From NCBI GenBank assembly GCA_963827655.1, contig CAWHCF010000006.1, positions 256,001 through 320,000 of the forward strand: a stretch of DNA of 64,000 nucleotides, read 5' to 3'. The first letter of the stretch is position 1, and each line of letters begins with the position of its first letter. Below the pieces are notes generated by a model. That model was not told where the DNA came from and did not search any database. It saw nothing but the letters and a program-made list of their open reading frames with translations. A program made the translations under genes and the position numbers. Positions 33,611 through 46,631 of the stretch are shown in pieces. This stretch comes from an uncultured Acidobacteriota bacterium. GTDB lineage: Bacteria; Acidobacteriota; UBA6911.

Positions 33611-36322
33611 ATGCAAGGAACGGAAACGTTATTTGCCAACAGCGAGCAGGCAGGAAACCTGTGCCCGCCGGTTTCCCAAAAGCTGCCCGCAATATCCCGA
33701 TCCATGGTGGGGCGGATGATCGGCTCCTACAGGGTCCTCGCCCTGTTGGGTGCAGGAGGGATGGGTCACGTCTACCGGGCCAAGGACACGAAGCTGGGGC
33801 GAGAGGTTGCAATCAAGATCCTGCCGGATAAATTCTCGTCAAACCGGCAATGGGTAAAACGCTTCGAGCAGGAGGCGAGGGCGGCGTCGGCCCTGAACCA
33901 TCCAAGCGTTGTCACGATTCACGAGATCGGTCAGACCGGGTCGTTGTATTACATCGTGATGGAACTGATTGAAGGGCAAACGCTTCGCGAGATTCTTGGG
34001 TCCGGTCCGCCGCCGGTCAAAGAAGTGGTCGCGCTGGCCGCGCAGATTGCCGATGGGTTAGCGAAAGCTCACGAAGCGGGCATCACACATCGCGATCTCA
34101 AACCCGAGAATGTGATGGTAACGAGAGATGGCCTGGCTAAGATCCTCGACTTCGGCCTGGCGCAGCTGCCCGAGTCTCAGGAAGGGAAGATTGAGTCGGG
34201 AGTTTCGACTCAGGCCGGTGTTCTGGTCGGAACCGTGGGATACATGTCGCCCGAGCAGGTGAGAGGCGGCCGGGTCGGCATTCAGTCCGACCAGTTCTCT
34301 TTCGGCACCATGCTCTATGAGCTGGCGACCGGCAAGCGGGCGTTTCAAGGGGCCACCCCGGTCGAGATTCTCTCGGCCATCATTCGGGACGATCCTCCTG
34401 CAGTTAGCGATCTGAACCCCAGGGTCCCCTTGCCCCTCCGCTGGACACTTGAGCGCTGCCTGGCGAAAAACCCTCAGGATCGTTATGTGTCGACCCGCGA
34501 CCTTGCCCGCGACATTCAGAACCTCCGGGATCGATTCCCGGAGATCAGGACGCAGACGGCCCGGCCTAAAACCCAGGCGCGCTCAGCCTGGATAGCTGCC
34601 GGTATATTCCTTCTTCTTGCGGCGCTGGCCGTGGGACTTCTCCATTTCCAAACCGCGCCAGCGACAGCCGGTCGGCCGGTCGTTTTTTCGGTTTCTCCAC
34701 CCGAGCAGGAGACTTTCGATTTTGGAAGCCTGTCGCCCGACGGCAATCTCCTCGCTTATGCATCTCATAAACTTGGAGAGCCGAGCCGTCTCTGGATTCG
34801 ACCTCTCGATTCCCTGGTCCCTCGCCCTTTGCCCGGAACAGAGGGCGCCGGTGCAATCTTCTGGTCACCTGATAACAACTTCATCGGGTTTTTCGCCGAC
34901 GGAAAGCTGAAGAAGGTGGAAGTCTCCGGCAAACTTCCGCAAATTTTGTGCGAGGCGCCGGAGCCTCGAGGCGGAACCTGGAACCACGAAGGAACCATAA
35001 TTTTTGCCCGGAGCGCAAACGAGGGGCTCTTTCGAATTGCGTCAGCGGGGGGCGAGCCGTCGCCCGTTACCACACCGGACCTGTCACGCCGGGAAATCTC
35101 TCACCGGTGGCCCCAATTCCTGCCGGATGGCCGGCACTTCATATTCTTCGTTCGAGGTCATGGAAACGAGGCTTCCGCTATCCGGACCGGGTCCCTGGAG
35201 TCTCGAGAAACCGAGGCGCTGTTGAGCGCAGATACGAACGCTCTCTACGCGGCGCCGGGCTACCTGCTCTTCATCCGGGCAGGCACGCTGCTGGCCCAGC
35301 CATTCGACGCAGGTCTCCGCCAGATCCATGGGGGGCCCGTTCCATTGGCCGAGCAAGTGGCCTACAGCGCCGGGAAGGGGCACGGCGTCTTCTCTGCCTC
35401 GCAGAATGGCGCGCTCGTCTTCGCGAACGCAGTCTCCCTGAACTCGCAACTGGCCTGGTTCGATCGAAACGGCAAGCAAATCGGAAGCGTCGGCGAGCCG
35501 GCCGTTCAGCGCTGCCCGACGCTCTCCCATGACGAAAGCAAGGTCGCCGTGGAGCGGCTCGATCCGCAGACAAGAACCTATGACATCTGGCTGATGAACC
35601 TGGTCGACGGCGCTCTCCGGAGGTTCACTTTCGATCCATCCAACGACGGAAACGCGGCCTGGTCGCCCGATGACCGGCGCATCCTGTTCACCTCAAACCG
35701 ACAGGCGCATTGGGACATTTACCAGAAGGACGTTTACGGCGCCGGAGGAGAGGAGATTGTCATGGAGGGCGAAAATCCCAAGAACGTCGATCACTTCTCC
35801 CAGGATGGGCGCTACGTTGTTTACACATCCTCAGGCCCACAAACGCAAAATGACTTGTGGGTCCTGCCGCTGCTGCAGGGCCGCTCGCCGGTGCCGCTGC
35901 TAAAGAGCCGATTCAACGAAGTGCAGGGGCAAGTCTCTCCCGATGGCCGATGGCTGGCGTTCGCTTCCAATGAATCGGGGACGCTTGAGGTCTACGTCCA
36001 GCCTTTTCCGGCATCGGGTGCCCGGTGGCAGATCTCTACCAACGGGGGCGCACAGCCGGCGTGGCGCCGCGACGGCAAGGAGCTCTTCTATATGAGCGGC
36101 GACAAGAGACTGGTGGCGGTGGAGGTCAAGGCCGGCACGAGCTTCGAACCGGGAGCCCGCAATGTCCTCTTCCAGACGCGAGTCAGTGGTCTGGTCAATG
36201 CCAGGAATCACTATGCCGTCTCGAAAGACGGGCAACGCTTTCTCATCAATGCGCTGGTCCAGGATGCGACGTCCCAGCCGTATAACGTGATGCTCAACTG
36301 GACCCAGACGCTCCCGCGCTAA
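33611..36322 (+). CDS. Ser/Thr protein kinase with TM segment and TolB-like (PD40) beta-propeller; start may be 33704
   Basis: [33 protein letters not shown]; repeated WSPD/SPDG propeller motifs. Confidence 0.94.
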   Translation: MQGTETLFANSEQAGNLCPPVSQKLPAISRSMVGRMIGSYRVLALLGAGGMGHVYRAKDTKLGREVAIKILPDKFSSNRQWVKRFEQEARAASALNHPSVVTIHEIGQTGSLYYIVMELIEGQTLREILGSGPPPVKEVVALAAQIADGLAKAHEAGITHRDLKPENVMVTRDGLAKILDFGLAQLPESQEGKIESGVSTQAGVLVGTVGYMSPEQVRGGRVGIQSDQFSFGTMLYELATGKRAFQGATPVEILSAIIRDDPPAVSDLNPRVPLPLRWTLERCLAKNPQDRYVSTRDLARDIQNLRDRFPEIRTQTARPKTQARSAWIAAGIFLLLAALAVGLLHFQTAPATAGRPVVFSVSPPEQETFDFGSLSPDGNLLAYASHKLGEPSRLWIRPLDSLVPRPLPGTEGAGAIFWSPDNNFIGFFADGKLKKVEVSGKLPQILCEAPEPRGGTWNHEGTIIFARSANEGLFRIASAGGEPSPVTTPDLSRREISHRWPQFLPDGRHFIFFVRGHGNEASAIRTGSLESRETEALLSADTNALYAAPGYLLFIRAGTLLAQPFDAGLRQIHGGPVPLAEQVAYSAGKGHGVFSASQNGALVFANAVSLNSQLAWFDRNGKQIGSVGEPAVQRCPTLSHDESKVAVERLDPQTRTYDIWLMNLVDGALRRFTFDPSNDGNAAWSPDDRRILFTSNRQAHWDIYQKDVYGAGGEEIVMEGENPKNVDHFSQDGRYVVYTSSGPQTQNDLWVLPLLQGRSPVPLLKSRFNEVQGQVSPDGRWLAFASNESGTLEVYVQPFPASGARWQISTNGGAQPAWRRDGKELFYMSGDKRLVAVEVKAGTSFEPGARNVLFQTRVSGLVNARNHYAVSKDGQRFLINALVQDATSQPYNVMLNWTQTLPR

Positions 36323-36368
36323 GTACGCGGTTTCGTAACGCAGCCGTGAGGCCGCAACCGAAGTGCTC

Positions 36369-36454
36369 TTAGTGTTTCTTTGTGTCTTCGTGTCTTTGTG
36401 GTTAGAGCTATCTAACAAATACCACGAAGACTCAAAGACACGAAGAAACACTAA
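36369..36454. repeat. Inverted repeat built from 9-mer units (CTTyGTGT-like), REP-like
   Basis: ttagtgtttctttgtgtcttcgtgtctttgtggt is mirrored by accacgaagactcaaagacacgaagaaacactaa. Confidence 0.82.
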
Positions 36455-36591
36455 TAATCTTGCCAAAAAAGCGACGCCTGTTCTTAGAAACTCACCACGA
36501 AGACGTGAACCCCTCGCTTAACGTCCGCACGTTGAACCTCTCGAGATGCGGTGTTATAGTCGGCCAATTCCACCTCAACCATTGGGACCTG

Positions 36592-38536
36592 ATGATGCTC
36601 ATCAAACCTCGGGCGTTGTGCTTGATAGTGGCGCTTGTTCTGGGTTGCGCTCTCACCACCACCTCAGCAGTGGCAATCCTGGATGGCCGCAGTCAGGACC
36701 GAAACGCCCGACCCGAGCGACCTCCTTCCTCCAGCGAGCTGCGCGGAATGATTGAAAGGTACGGTCGATCGCGGGAACTTGAGCCGTTCGTATCCGGTCG
36801 AAATCTCGTCCGCCCGCCAGGCTCGCCTCAGGCAGTTCTACTCCGAATGGCTCGCCCTGATCGGGCCGCTCAAGTTCGACGCTCTCGGCCAGGATGACAA
36901 GGTGGACTATCTGCTGCTCAAGAATCATCTCGATTACGAATTGCGGCAGCTCGACATCCAGGCCAGGACTCTCGCCGAAGCGGCGCCGCTCGTCCCCTTC
37001 GCGCAAACGATCACCGAACTCGAAGAGCGGCGGCGCCGGATGGAGCGGATCGACTCTCCGAAGGTAGCCGCCTTGCTTACCGGTTTGAACAAGCAGATCG
37101 CGGCCGCGCGCCGCGGCGTCGAGGCCGGGTTAAGGGGCAGGGCAGGATGGCAAACAATACCGAAGGCGACGGTGATGGCAAGGTCGAGCCCATGGCAGTG
37201 AAAAAGGCCGTGGCCAACCGCGCGGCGATGATGATCAACGGCCTGCGGAACACCCTGAGAAACTGGTTCAGCTTCTACAACGGTTACGATCCCGTCTTTA
37301 CCTGGTGGGCGGAGGCGCCCTACAAAACAGTTGATAAGTCGCTCCAAGACTATGTCGCCTTACTGCGCGAAAAGGTCCTCGGCCTCAAAGCGAGCAGCGA
37401 CGATGCGGGTAGTCCGCCGGACGCCAACCCGCCCGGTGGAGGCAATCCGTTGAGGAGCGGGCAAGGCGGGCGTGGCGGAAGCGTAGCCGCCGAAGCAGGC
37501 AGCAGCGCTGACATCGTCGGCGACCCGATCGGCCGTGAGGCCCTGATGGTCGAGCTGGCCCGGGAAATCATCCCGTACACGCCGGAAGAACTCATAGCCC
37601 TCGCCAACAAGGAGTTCGCGTGGTGCGAGAATGAAATGAAGAAGGCTGCGCGCGATCTGGGCTACGGCGAGGACTGGCTGAAGGCGCTCGAATACGTCAA
37701 GACGCTTTACGTCGAGCCGGGCAAGCAACCGGAGCTGATCCGCGATCTGGCGCTGGAAGCGATCAAGTTCGTGGAAGATCACGATCTGGTTACCGTTCCG
37801 CCGCTGGCGCGGGAGACCTGGCGGATCGAGATGATGACTCCTCAGCGGCAACTGGTGAATCCTTTCTTCACCGGCGGCGAGACGATCAGTGTTTCTTATC
37901 CTACCAACACGATGTCGCATGAGCAGAAGCTCATGAGCATGCGCGGCAACAACATTCATTTTGCGCGGGCTACGGTATTTCACGAGCTGATCCCGGGCCA
38001 TCATCTGCAAGGCTTCATGACGGCTCGCTACCGGCCCTACCGCGGCCTGTTCAGCACGCCGTTCTGGGGCGAGGGCTGGGCGCTTTACTGGGAATTGTTG
38101 TTGTGGGACATGAACTTCCCGAAAACGCCGGAGAACCGGATCGGAATGCTCTTCTGGCGCATGCATCGTTGCGCGCGCATTATCTTCTCGCTCAGCTTTC
38201 ACCTGGAGAAAATGACGGCGCAGGAATGCATCGATTTGCTGGTCAAGCGCGTCGGCCATGAGCCGGAAAACGCAACCGCGGAAGTGCGCCGCTCATTCAA
38301 TGGCAGCTACCCGCCGCTCTATCAAGCCGCGTATTTGCTCGGCGGCCTGCAGTTTTACGCGCTCCATAAGGAACTGGTGGACTCGGGCAAAATGACCAAC
38401 CGCGCCTTCCACGATATGATTCTGAAGGAAAACCGGATCCCGGTCGAGATGGTGCGCGCCCTTCTGACTAACCAGCCACTCGCGCGCGACTACGTGTCGA
38501 ACTGGAGATTCTACGGGCCAAAGAACCAACCGCTAA
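36592..38536 (+). CDS. DUF885 family secreted protein, putative metallopeptidase (frameshifts near 36765 and 37140; 3' end approximate)
   Basis: Signal peptide; TVFHELIPGHHLQ, EGWALYWE, YQAAYLLGGLQ motifs. Confidence 0.85.
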
Positions 38537-38559
38537 GGCGCCAAGTCGCGAGGGAAACG

Positions 38560-40194
38560 CTAAGCTTCTTTCGCCCGTTTCTCGTAGACGGCTCTTCCGA
38601 TTCGAAAAGCCTCGATCGAAGCCTGCTTGTCTTCCGGCCGAGCGAACTTCGCCTGGGTTTCCAGCCACTGGATGCTCAAGTCCATGTACCGGACGTAATA
38701 CTGAGCGTCGTCCCAACTCCGAATCGGCCGGCCGTCCCGCAGAATGTACACGGGTGAGGTATGGGCGAAGACCGTCTCCGGCCGGCGGGTGCCAAAGTAG
38801 TTGCTGAGAACGGTCCCCTCCTCGACGTGAATGGTATCGAACTTGACTCCCTTGGCGTGATAACCATCGATGTCTTCGTAAGCTCGGGCGGCGATCCAGC
38901 AGCTCTCGCGCAGCGGGTGCTCCAGCTTGATCTCCGCCGAATGCCTCGGGCCGCTTGGCGTCGTCTCTCCGATAACCCGTCCGTTGCAGACGACTTCGAG
39001 ATGGTGGTAGGGCAGCTGAGATTCGGCGCGGGCGCGGATCTCCACGATCTTGGCGCGCCGGGAATCCAGCTCGAGCCGGGCGCCAGGCTCCTGGCCGTTC
39101 ACGGTCATGGAGAGAATCGGACTATTGCTGATAAAAGTGCGCCCCGCCTTCAGCGCAGCGATCCAGCTACCATAGGTGAACTCCCCTTCGATGCGTCCGA
39201 AAACGCGGTTGGCTCCCACCGTCACGAACGTAGTCATCTTGTCCGTGCCCGCGGTAGCCGTCAGACGAAAGCCGCAGTTCAGAAAGCGATACCAGAGCCG
39301 CAGACCGTCATTGGCCTCCCACTCCGGCACCACTCCTCTCATGAACAAGGGGAACCGGCGCGGCTCGAGCACAGACATGAATTCCAGGCCGTCGAGCTTT
39401 TCCATCGCCACGTCGAGCGGGCTCTCTACTCCGGGCCAGCTCGGGAAGTGCGCCCACGAAACGTAGCCGCCCTGCTCATGGACTTCGTCGCACACTCGAA
39501 GGTGCAGGGGATGATGATGCGGCTGAACCTCCGTGACGGGCTGGACCAGCTTCTTCAGATTCAGGAGGCAGAGATGGCCCAGCTGGTGGTTCCGGAACTC
39601 CTGGTTGACGTAGATGAGGTGTTTGCCGCTGGAATGGGTATTAACTCTCCCCTCGAACTCGCGCTGGTCCTTGGTGAAATCGGAGGTGAGGATGTTGGCG
39701 ACATTCAAGTCCTCCGCGTCCATTTCGAGGCGACAGGTCTTGGGAGCAATGTGATGAATATGAACGTCGCCGCTATACCATCCCAGGTCCGACAGCGACG
39801 ACCAGCGCGAAAGCGGAACCACCATTGCGCCCGTACCTCCGCTCGGGCCTGTCAATTCTCCCTCGGCAATCCTGTACTCATAGCCCTTGAGCATCTGGTA
39901 TCGCAGCGGGAGCCGGGCGCGGTCGACGGCAAATTCACCGTCGATGTAGCAGTAGCGGCGCGATTGAAACCTGACATCCCCTTCCTGGGCGTCCTTGGCC
40001 AGTTGATCCGCGTGTCCCAGAGGGACAACTTCCCTGCCCTGCGAATCCACGAGCCGCACCCGCGCGGCAAGCGGACGTCCCGATTTCTCGTCCACGACCC
40101 GGCAAGTCACCGGACCGCCCTGAGCGGCGCCAAATTGCAGGGCGGCGCCGCTCGCGCCGAGATTGCGAAGGAATCTACGTCGATTCATGGTCAT
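38560..40194 (-). CDS. CehA/McbA family PHP-like metallohydrolase with Tat signal
   Basis: NRRRFLR twin-arginine signal; WYSGDVHIH, WAHFP, WYRFLNCGFRLTATAGTD, FAHTSPVY. Confidence 0.85.
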   Translation of the reverse strand: MTMNRRRFLRNLGASGAALQFGAAQGGPVTCRVVDEKSGRPLAARVRLVDSQGREVVPLGHADQLAKDAQEGDVRFQSRRYCYIDGEFAVDRARLPLRYQMLKGYEYRIAEGELTGPSGGTGAMVVPLSRWSSLSDLGWYSGDVHIHHIAPKTCRLEMDAEDLNVANILTSDFTKDQREFEGRVNTHSSGKHLIYVNQEFRNHQLGHLCLLNLKKLVQPVTEVQPHHHPLHLRVCDEVHEQGGYVSWAHFPSWPGVESPLDVAMEKLDGLEFMSVLEPRRFPLFMRGVVPEWEANDGLRLWYRFLNCGFRLTATAGTDKMTTFVTVGANRVFGRIEGEFTYGSWIAALKAGRTFISNSPILSMTVNGQEPGARLELDSRRAKIVEIRARAESQLPYHHLEVVCNGRVIGETTPSGPRHSAEIKLEHPLRESCWIAARAYEDIDGYHAKGVKFDTIHVEEGTVLSNYFGTRRPETVFAHTSPVYILRDGRPIRSWDDAQYYVRYMDLSIQWLETQAKFARPEDKQASIEAFRIGRAVYEKRAKEA

Positions 40195-40445
40195 GGTCTG
40201 TCCTCCAGGCTCGCGCTTTTTTTACGGCTGCATTAGACCGCGAAGACACGAGGAAACACTGAGACTCGTCCCAAGCCTCAGGGGTGATACAATAGGCGGC
40301 ATTTGGAATCAACCCCGTCTCGGTTACGGCATGGTTCGCACACGCTGTTCCAGCAGTACGTTCTTTTTCATTTGTCATTCTTTCATTGGTCACCGACGCC
40401 AGTCTATGACAAAATGAAAGACCAATGACAAATGGAGGAGGGATT

Positions 40446-43400
40446 ATGCCAGAACGGCTTCTTTCTCGTTGCTTCTTGATCGTTCCGGTGGCGCTCACAC
40501 TCCTGCCCCTGTACGCCCAGGCGCCGACAGCGGCGATCGTAGGGACGATTCGCGACGCTTCGGCCGCCGCCGTTCCAGGCGCCACGGTAACGGTGATCAA
40601 TGTGCTCACAGGCCTTACCCAAAGCCGCGACAGCGGCGTCGAGGGCTCGTATTCGATCCCGTTGCTGCCCGTGGGGCAGTACCGACTCGAGGTCCACAAG
40701 ACCGGGTTCCAGCGCCATGTCCGAGAACGAATCTCGCTGGCGGTCAACGATCGCCTGACGATCGATGTGACCCTGGAAGTCGGGACCGTAGCGGAGCAGG
40801 TGACCGTTACCGGATCGTCGCCGCTGGTTGAGGCCCAGACGGGCACGTTGCGCGGCGTCGTTGATCAGCAGCGCATGGTCAGCCTCCCCCTGAACGGGCG
40901 CAACATGACCCAGCTGGTGGCACTCCAGGCCGGCGTGATTCAGACCGCCGATCTGTCCTCCACCGGAGAGGGCGTCGCTTTTGCCGTCAACGGCAGCCGC
41001 CAGAACGGCGTCTACTACCTGCTCGACGGCGGTTACAACACCAGCACCTATCGCAACTACAGCGGCACTTTCCCGAACCCTGACGCGGTCCAGGAGTTCA
41101 GCGTTCAGCGCAGCAACTTCAGCGCCGAATACGCCAACGCTACCGGCGCGGTCGTGAACGTGGTCACGAAGTCCGGGACCAACGAGTTCCACGGGTCGGC
41201 CTTCGAATTCGTGCGCAACTCCGTCTTCAACGCGCGCAACTTCTTTGCGCCTCGGCGCGACACGCTGAAACGCAACCAGTTCGGCGGCGCCTTGGGCGGT
41301 CCGGTCATCAAGGACAAGCTCTTCTTTCTGGGTTCTTATCAAGGAACGCTCCTGCGCAGCGACGCCCAGCTTTCGCGCCAGTTCCTTCCGACCGCCGCAC
41401 AGCGCAACGGGGACTTCTCCGCCGTTGCCCGCCAGCTCATTGATCCTCAGACCGGCCAGCCATTCCCAGGCAACCGCATACCCGTCAGTCGCTTCAGCCC
41501 GGTGACCTCGAATTTCCTGAAGTACATTCCCGAAGTCCCGGCTTTCGACGGCCAGCGTTTCACGGGTTCACCCAATATCACCGATACCGCAGAATACACC
41601 GGCCGGCTCGACTGGAACCCGGGTTCGCACCGGTTCTCCGGAAAGGCCTTCATCGCAACCCTCTCGAAGCCATTCTTTGCCGATCCTGACGATATCGCCC
41701 TTCCTCTGGTGCGGCGCGAGAGCCAGCCCTACCGCCACGTGTCCGGCAATCACACCTATGCCTTCTCGCCGAACTTCATCAACAACGCCACCTTCGCTTA
41801 CCGCTACCGGGCGCGGTTCAACGACTGGGATGGCTTCGAATACCCCATCAACTTCAGCACCGCCGGCGTGCGCAACATCGCCACGCGGAGTCCGGCCGGG
41901 ATGGTGATGACCATCTCCGGTCTTTTCAGCGTCAGCACGACCTGGCCCTACGAGATTGAAGACAGTGACTGGCACTGGGCCGACACGTTGACGTTGATGC
42001 GCGGGCGCCACGAGATCAAGGTTGGCGGCGAATTCATCCGCAGCAGAAACCAGATCCGCAACCACTTCCGCACCATGGGCCTGTTCACCTTTGACGGAAG
42101 CCTCTCGGGCAATGCCATGGCCGACTTCATGCTCGGCGAGGTCTATAACTTTCAGCAGGGGGGCGGCGAATACAAGGATCTCTCGGGCAACCGCGCCGGC
42201 CTGTTTGTGCAGGACGACTGGCGCGTTCATCCGAACTTCACGCTCAATCTTGGCGTCCGGTGGGACCCGACCTTCCCGTTCGAAGACACGCTGGGCCGCG
42301 TCCAGTGCTTCCGCCCGGAACTGCGGTCCACGCGTTTTCCCAAGGCGCCCGTGGCGTATCTCAGCGCCGGCGACCCGGGTTGCCCGGCGGGCGGCTTCGA
42401 TTCCTACCTGAGATCATTCGCGCCGCGGGCAGGCTTCGCCTGGCGGCCCCAGGGGTCACGGACCGTGGTGCGCGCCGCGTTCGGCCTGTTCTGGAATCCG
42501 CAGTTCACCAGTCTCTACAACGGCTTTGTGAACGGCGCCCCATTCAGCCCGCAGGTCAATCGGTTCGCCGTGCGATTCCAGGACCCCTATGAGAGCGCCG
42601 CCAACCCCTTTCCTCAGTTCTACGCCCCATTCAGCCCGCCTTCCGATTCCGATTTCTTTCCGCCCCTGGGTCTGGTGGGCTCGTTCGATCCCGCTTTCCA
42701 TCCTTCGTACACCGAGACATGGAACCTGACGCTCGAGCGTGAAGTAATCCCCAACCTGCTGGCGCGCATGAGCTATGTGGGCAATATGGGCCGCCGCCTT
42801 TCCTACGACGTGGATATCAACTATGCCCGCTTCGTGCCGGGCGCCTCCGCGCGAGACATCCAGGACCGTCGGCCCTATCGGGACTTCGGGCAAATCCTGA
42901 GTGCCATTCCGGGCTCCACATCCAGCTACCACGGTCTGCAGGCATCGGTCGAGCGCCGCTTCTCCTTGTTCTCGTTCGAGGCCAACTACACCTGGTCCAA
43001 GGCAATCGACGACTACTCGGCCGACCCTACTCCCGGCCAGTCGTCGTCTCTTTCGATCCCTTTCGACCGGGCGTTGAACCGGGGCCTGTCGGACTTCGAC
43101 GTGACGCACCGTTTTGTGGTCTCTTACGTGTGGGCGCTGCCGGCCCTTTCGTCCGCCTCGCCCTGGGTGCGCAGCGATTTTCGGATCCTGGGAAACCTCC
43201 GGCATCTGGACGCTGCAGAGCGGCCGGCCGTTCTCGGTCACTTCGGGACGCGACAATGCGTTCAGCGGCATCAACCGCGACAATGCCGATCTGATCGGGG
43301 ATCCTTTCCTCGATACGGACCGCCCTCGCGGCGAGCAGATTGAGCAGTACTTCCGTACCTCGGCCTACGCGACGAATGCCACCGGCACCTTCGGCAGCGC

Positions 43401-43635
43401 ACCCCGCAACCACCTGCGCGGCCCCGGATACTCTAACGTGGACCTGGCCGTGCTGAAGAACTTCCCTATACGCGAAGGCATGAACTTTCAGTTCCGCACC
43501 GAGTTCTTCAACGGGTTCAATCAGCCGAATTTCAGCAATCCGTTCAGCACGCAAAGCACGCCCGCCCGCTTCGGACGGATCGAAAGCGCGGGCGATGCGC
43601 GTGTCATCCAGTTCGGCTTGAAACTCCTGTTCTAG
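40446..43635 (+). CDS. TonB-dependent receptor, Oar-like, with carboxypeptidase-regulatory-like N-terminal domain (frameshift near 43175)
   Basis: GTIRDASAAAVPGATVTV, LPLNGRN, TKSGTNEFHGSAFEF, RNQFGGALGGP, FVQDDWRV, RVIQFGLKLLF. Confidence 0.93.
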
Positions 43636-43728
43636 AAAAAATCGGTGACAGGCTCCAAATTGCGTTGCGAAACACCAGTCTTTGGGCGCTCTTAACAACG
43701 CAATTTGGAAGCCTGTCACCGATTTTTT
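43636..43728. repeat. Long inverted repeat between convergent genes (bidirectional terminator or MITE-like)
   Basis: aaaaaatcggtgacaggctccaaattgcgttg ... caacgcaatttggaagcctgtcaccgatttttt, 32 bp paired with a single bulge. Confidence 0.85.
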
Positions 43729-43733
43729 GCGGG

Positions 43734-46188
43734 CTAGTCGTGCCGCAGCGCCACCATCGGATCTACCCTGGCGGCCCGCCGGGCGGGTACGAGACTGGCG
43801 GCTGCGGCCACACCCACCAGCAGGAGCGACACCGACGCAAACGCAGCCGGCTCGGTGGTGCTCACGCCATACAGAAGCGTGGAAAGGGTTCGGCTGACTG
43901 CAAGCGAGCCGGCCAGACCGATCAGGACCCCGGTCGCGGCCAGCCTCAAGGCCTGCGCCAGAACCATGCGCAGCACGTTTCGCGGTTGCGCTCCGAGCGC
44001 CATTCGAATCCCGATCTCTTGCGTGCGTTGCGCGGTCGAATAGGATACGACGCCATAGATGCCGAGCGCCGCCAGCAGGAGAGCCAAACCGGCGAAGACA
44101 CCAAGCAGGACGGCGCGAAACCGCGGTTGGGCCACCGAATCGCCGACGATATCGTCCATGGTTCGGATTGACGTGATGAGAGCATTGCGGTCCAGATCGT
44201 AGGCTGCGCGGCGCAATGCGGCGGCCAGACTCGACGGGTCCGCGGTTGCGCGAACTACAAGGTCTACCTCGTACCAGGGCCAGTGCCAGTAGGGCATGTA
44301 TAACTCCGGGCGCGGCTCGGCGTCGAGGCCTATGCCGCGCATGTCCGCCACGACACCGATGATCTGCATCCAGTCCGGCTCGCCGCCTCCACCCGGGCGG
44401 GTCCGCCCCAGCCTCTCGCGGCTCCCCAGGGCCGCGCGGCGCCCGACGGGATCTTCTCCCGGCCAGTAGCGCCGGGCCATGGTTTCATTGATGATTGCGA
44501 CGGGGGGCGCTTCGGCCCCGTCCGATTCAGTAAAGAACCGCCCGCGAACCAGCGGGACTCCCATGGTGCGGAAGTAGTCGGGCGTCGCCCCGCCGGCCTT
44601 CGCCTTCGCCGAATCGGCTGCCGGCAGTATACCCCGCTCCGGGATCGTAATGGGCTGTCCCGCCACTCCGCCATCGGCCAGCGGCAGCATGCTCACGCCT
44701 CCTACCGAAACCACCCCGGGCAACTCTCGGATACGACTCATCAGTTGCTGAAAGTACACCCTCGGGGGCGTGCGCCCGGCGAAGGAGCGGCCGGTCATGT
44801 CAAATCTCGCCGCAAGCACGTTCTCCGGACGGAATCCGGGATTCACCCCGCTCAGACGAAAGAAGCTTTCGATGAGCAGCGCGGCGCAGACCAGGAGCAT
44901 CGTGGCGAGCGCGATTTCGAAGACGATCAGGCCCTTCCGGGCCGGCATGGCCCGCCCGGTCCAGTTGCGGGCGGCGAGGGCCGTCCTGGATGCGTGCCAG
45001 GCGGGCGCGAGTCCGAAGAGCAGGCCCGTGAGAATCGCGGCCGCTGCGGTGAATGCGAGCACCGGCAGATTGATCTCGGCCTCGGACAGACGCGGCACTC
45101 TGTCGGCCGCGGCGGCGGCGACCAGCTTCAGGCTGAAGATCGCCAACAGGAGACCCGAGCCCCCGCCGGCCAGAGCAAGCACGAGGCTTTCGATCAAGGA
45201 CTGGCGGATTATGCGCGCGCGGCTCGCGCCCAGGACGACGCGCATGACGATCTCCTTCTGCCTTGCGACGGCGCGCGAGAGCATCAAGCTTGCGATGTTG
45301 GCGGATGCAATCAGCAGCACGAAAAGCACCGCGCCCATGAGGACCAGGAACGATCGCCGCAGCGGCCCCACCATCTGCTCCAGCAGTGGAATCACGACGA
45401 CTGCCGGGCTTTCGCGCGCTTCCGGATGCTGGTCGAGGATGCGGCGAGCGATCGTGTCCATCTCTGTTTGGGCTTGCGCGAGGCTGGAACCGGCCTTGAG
45501 CCGGGCGACTACGACCAGCCAGGAACAGCAACGGGCGGCGGCGCCGGGGGCCGGCACCTGGACTCCCATCCAGCCGGCAGGCAGCCAGATCTCCGAGCGG
45601 TCGGGAAAATCGAACCCGGGCGGCATAACACCCACGATCGTGTACGTGCGGAGGCCGTAGGTGTCGACCGTGACCGTTCGGCCCAGGACATCCCGCGCGC
45701 CCCCAAAGCGCCGCTGCCAGAGTCCGTAGCCCAGTATGGCGGCCTGGTTCCCTTGCCGTTCGTCTTCCTCCGGCGCCGAACGTGCGTCCCAGGATCGGCT
45801 CGACGCCAAGCGCCCGAAACAGGCCGGCCGATCCATAGGCTCCCGCGACGCGTTCAGGACCGTCATGGCCGACAAGCCGGAATGTCTGGGCTCCGCCCCA
45901 GGCCGGGTAGAAGCCCATGTGATCAAACACCTGGTTCTGTTCACGCCAGTCGGCGAAATTGGCCGGTGCCACGCGTGCTTGCGCGGTGCCTTTCTGCGGA
46001 TCCCGCTGCCAGAGCATGACGAGGCGGTCTGGCTCGGGGTAGGGCAGCGGCCTCAGAAACACCGCCTTGACGATGCTGAAGATGACGGTGTTGGCTCCGA
46101 TCCCGAGCGTCAAAGTAAGGATCGCGATTACGGCAAACCCGGGATTGTTCCGCAGAGTCCTGATGGCGTAGCGAAAGTCTTGACCCAT
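43734..46188 (-). CDS. ADOP/MacB-like duplicated ABC transporter permease (frameshift near 45780)
   Basis: [64 protein letters not shown]. Confidence 0.93.
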
Positions 46189-46631
46189 GGTGTAAGAGAC
46201 GGGCTTGGAAGGCTTTTGTTAACGCGCCTGGGCTCCGACGCTGCGTCTGGAGAGCGCAAGCTTGCTTTCGGGCACTCGGCAGGGTAGGCGACGGAAATTA
46301 GGTCCCGAGGCAGGCGTAGCGTGAGCCCAGGGTTAGAGGTCCGAAAGAACTGTGCAAGCCTAACACACCCGGAGCCATTGACGGAAAAGTCCGTGTCCAA
46401 CGCCCCCCGGGGCGCGCATCGTCGACGTGTCGTTGACGTGGTCGTGCCCGCTCGTCGACGGCTAATTGCGCGTTCGACGTTCGGGACTCGCAAGCTCGTC
46501 AAAGAACCCAATGTTCTAACTCAAGGGCGAGTAAGCTTGCCGAGCTTGCTTGCGCATCGACTGCGGCAGCTTCCTACCGCAAGCGCTGCCCGAATATGGC
46601 CAATCACCAGCCAGCCTTAGTTCCCTGACCC

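Noticed and set aside
38537-38757. ~200-bp convergent overlap of the DUF885 and CehA/McbA genes
   Set aside because: DUF885-like sequence ends near WRFYG; the extension is antisense read-through, probably from an indel near the stop
38761-46019. Long antisense ORFs (e.g. 38761-40236, 40404-41342, 44745-46019)
   Set aside because: They are shadow frames of well-supported genes in GC-rich DNA and have no recognisable motifs
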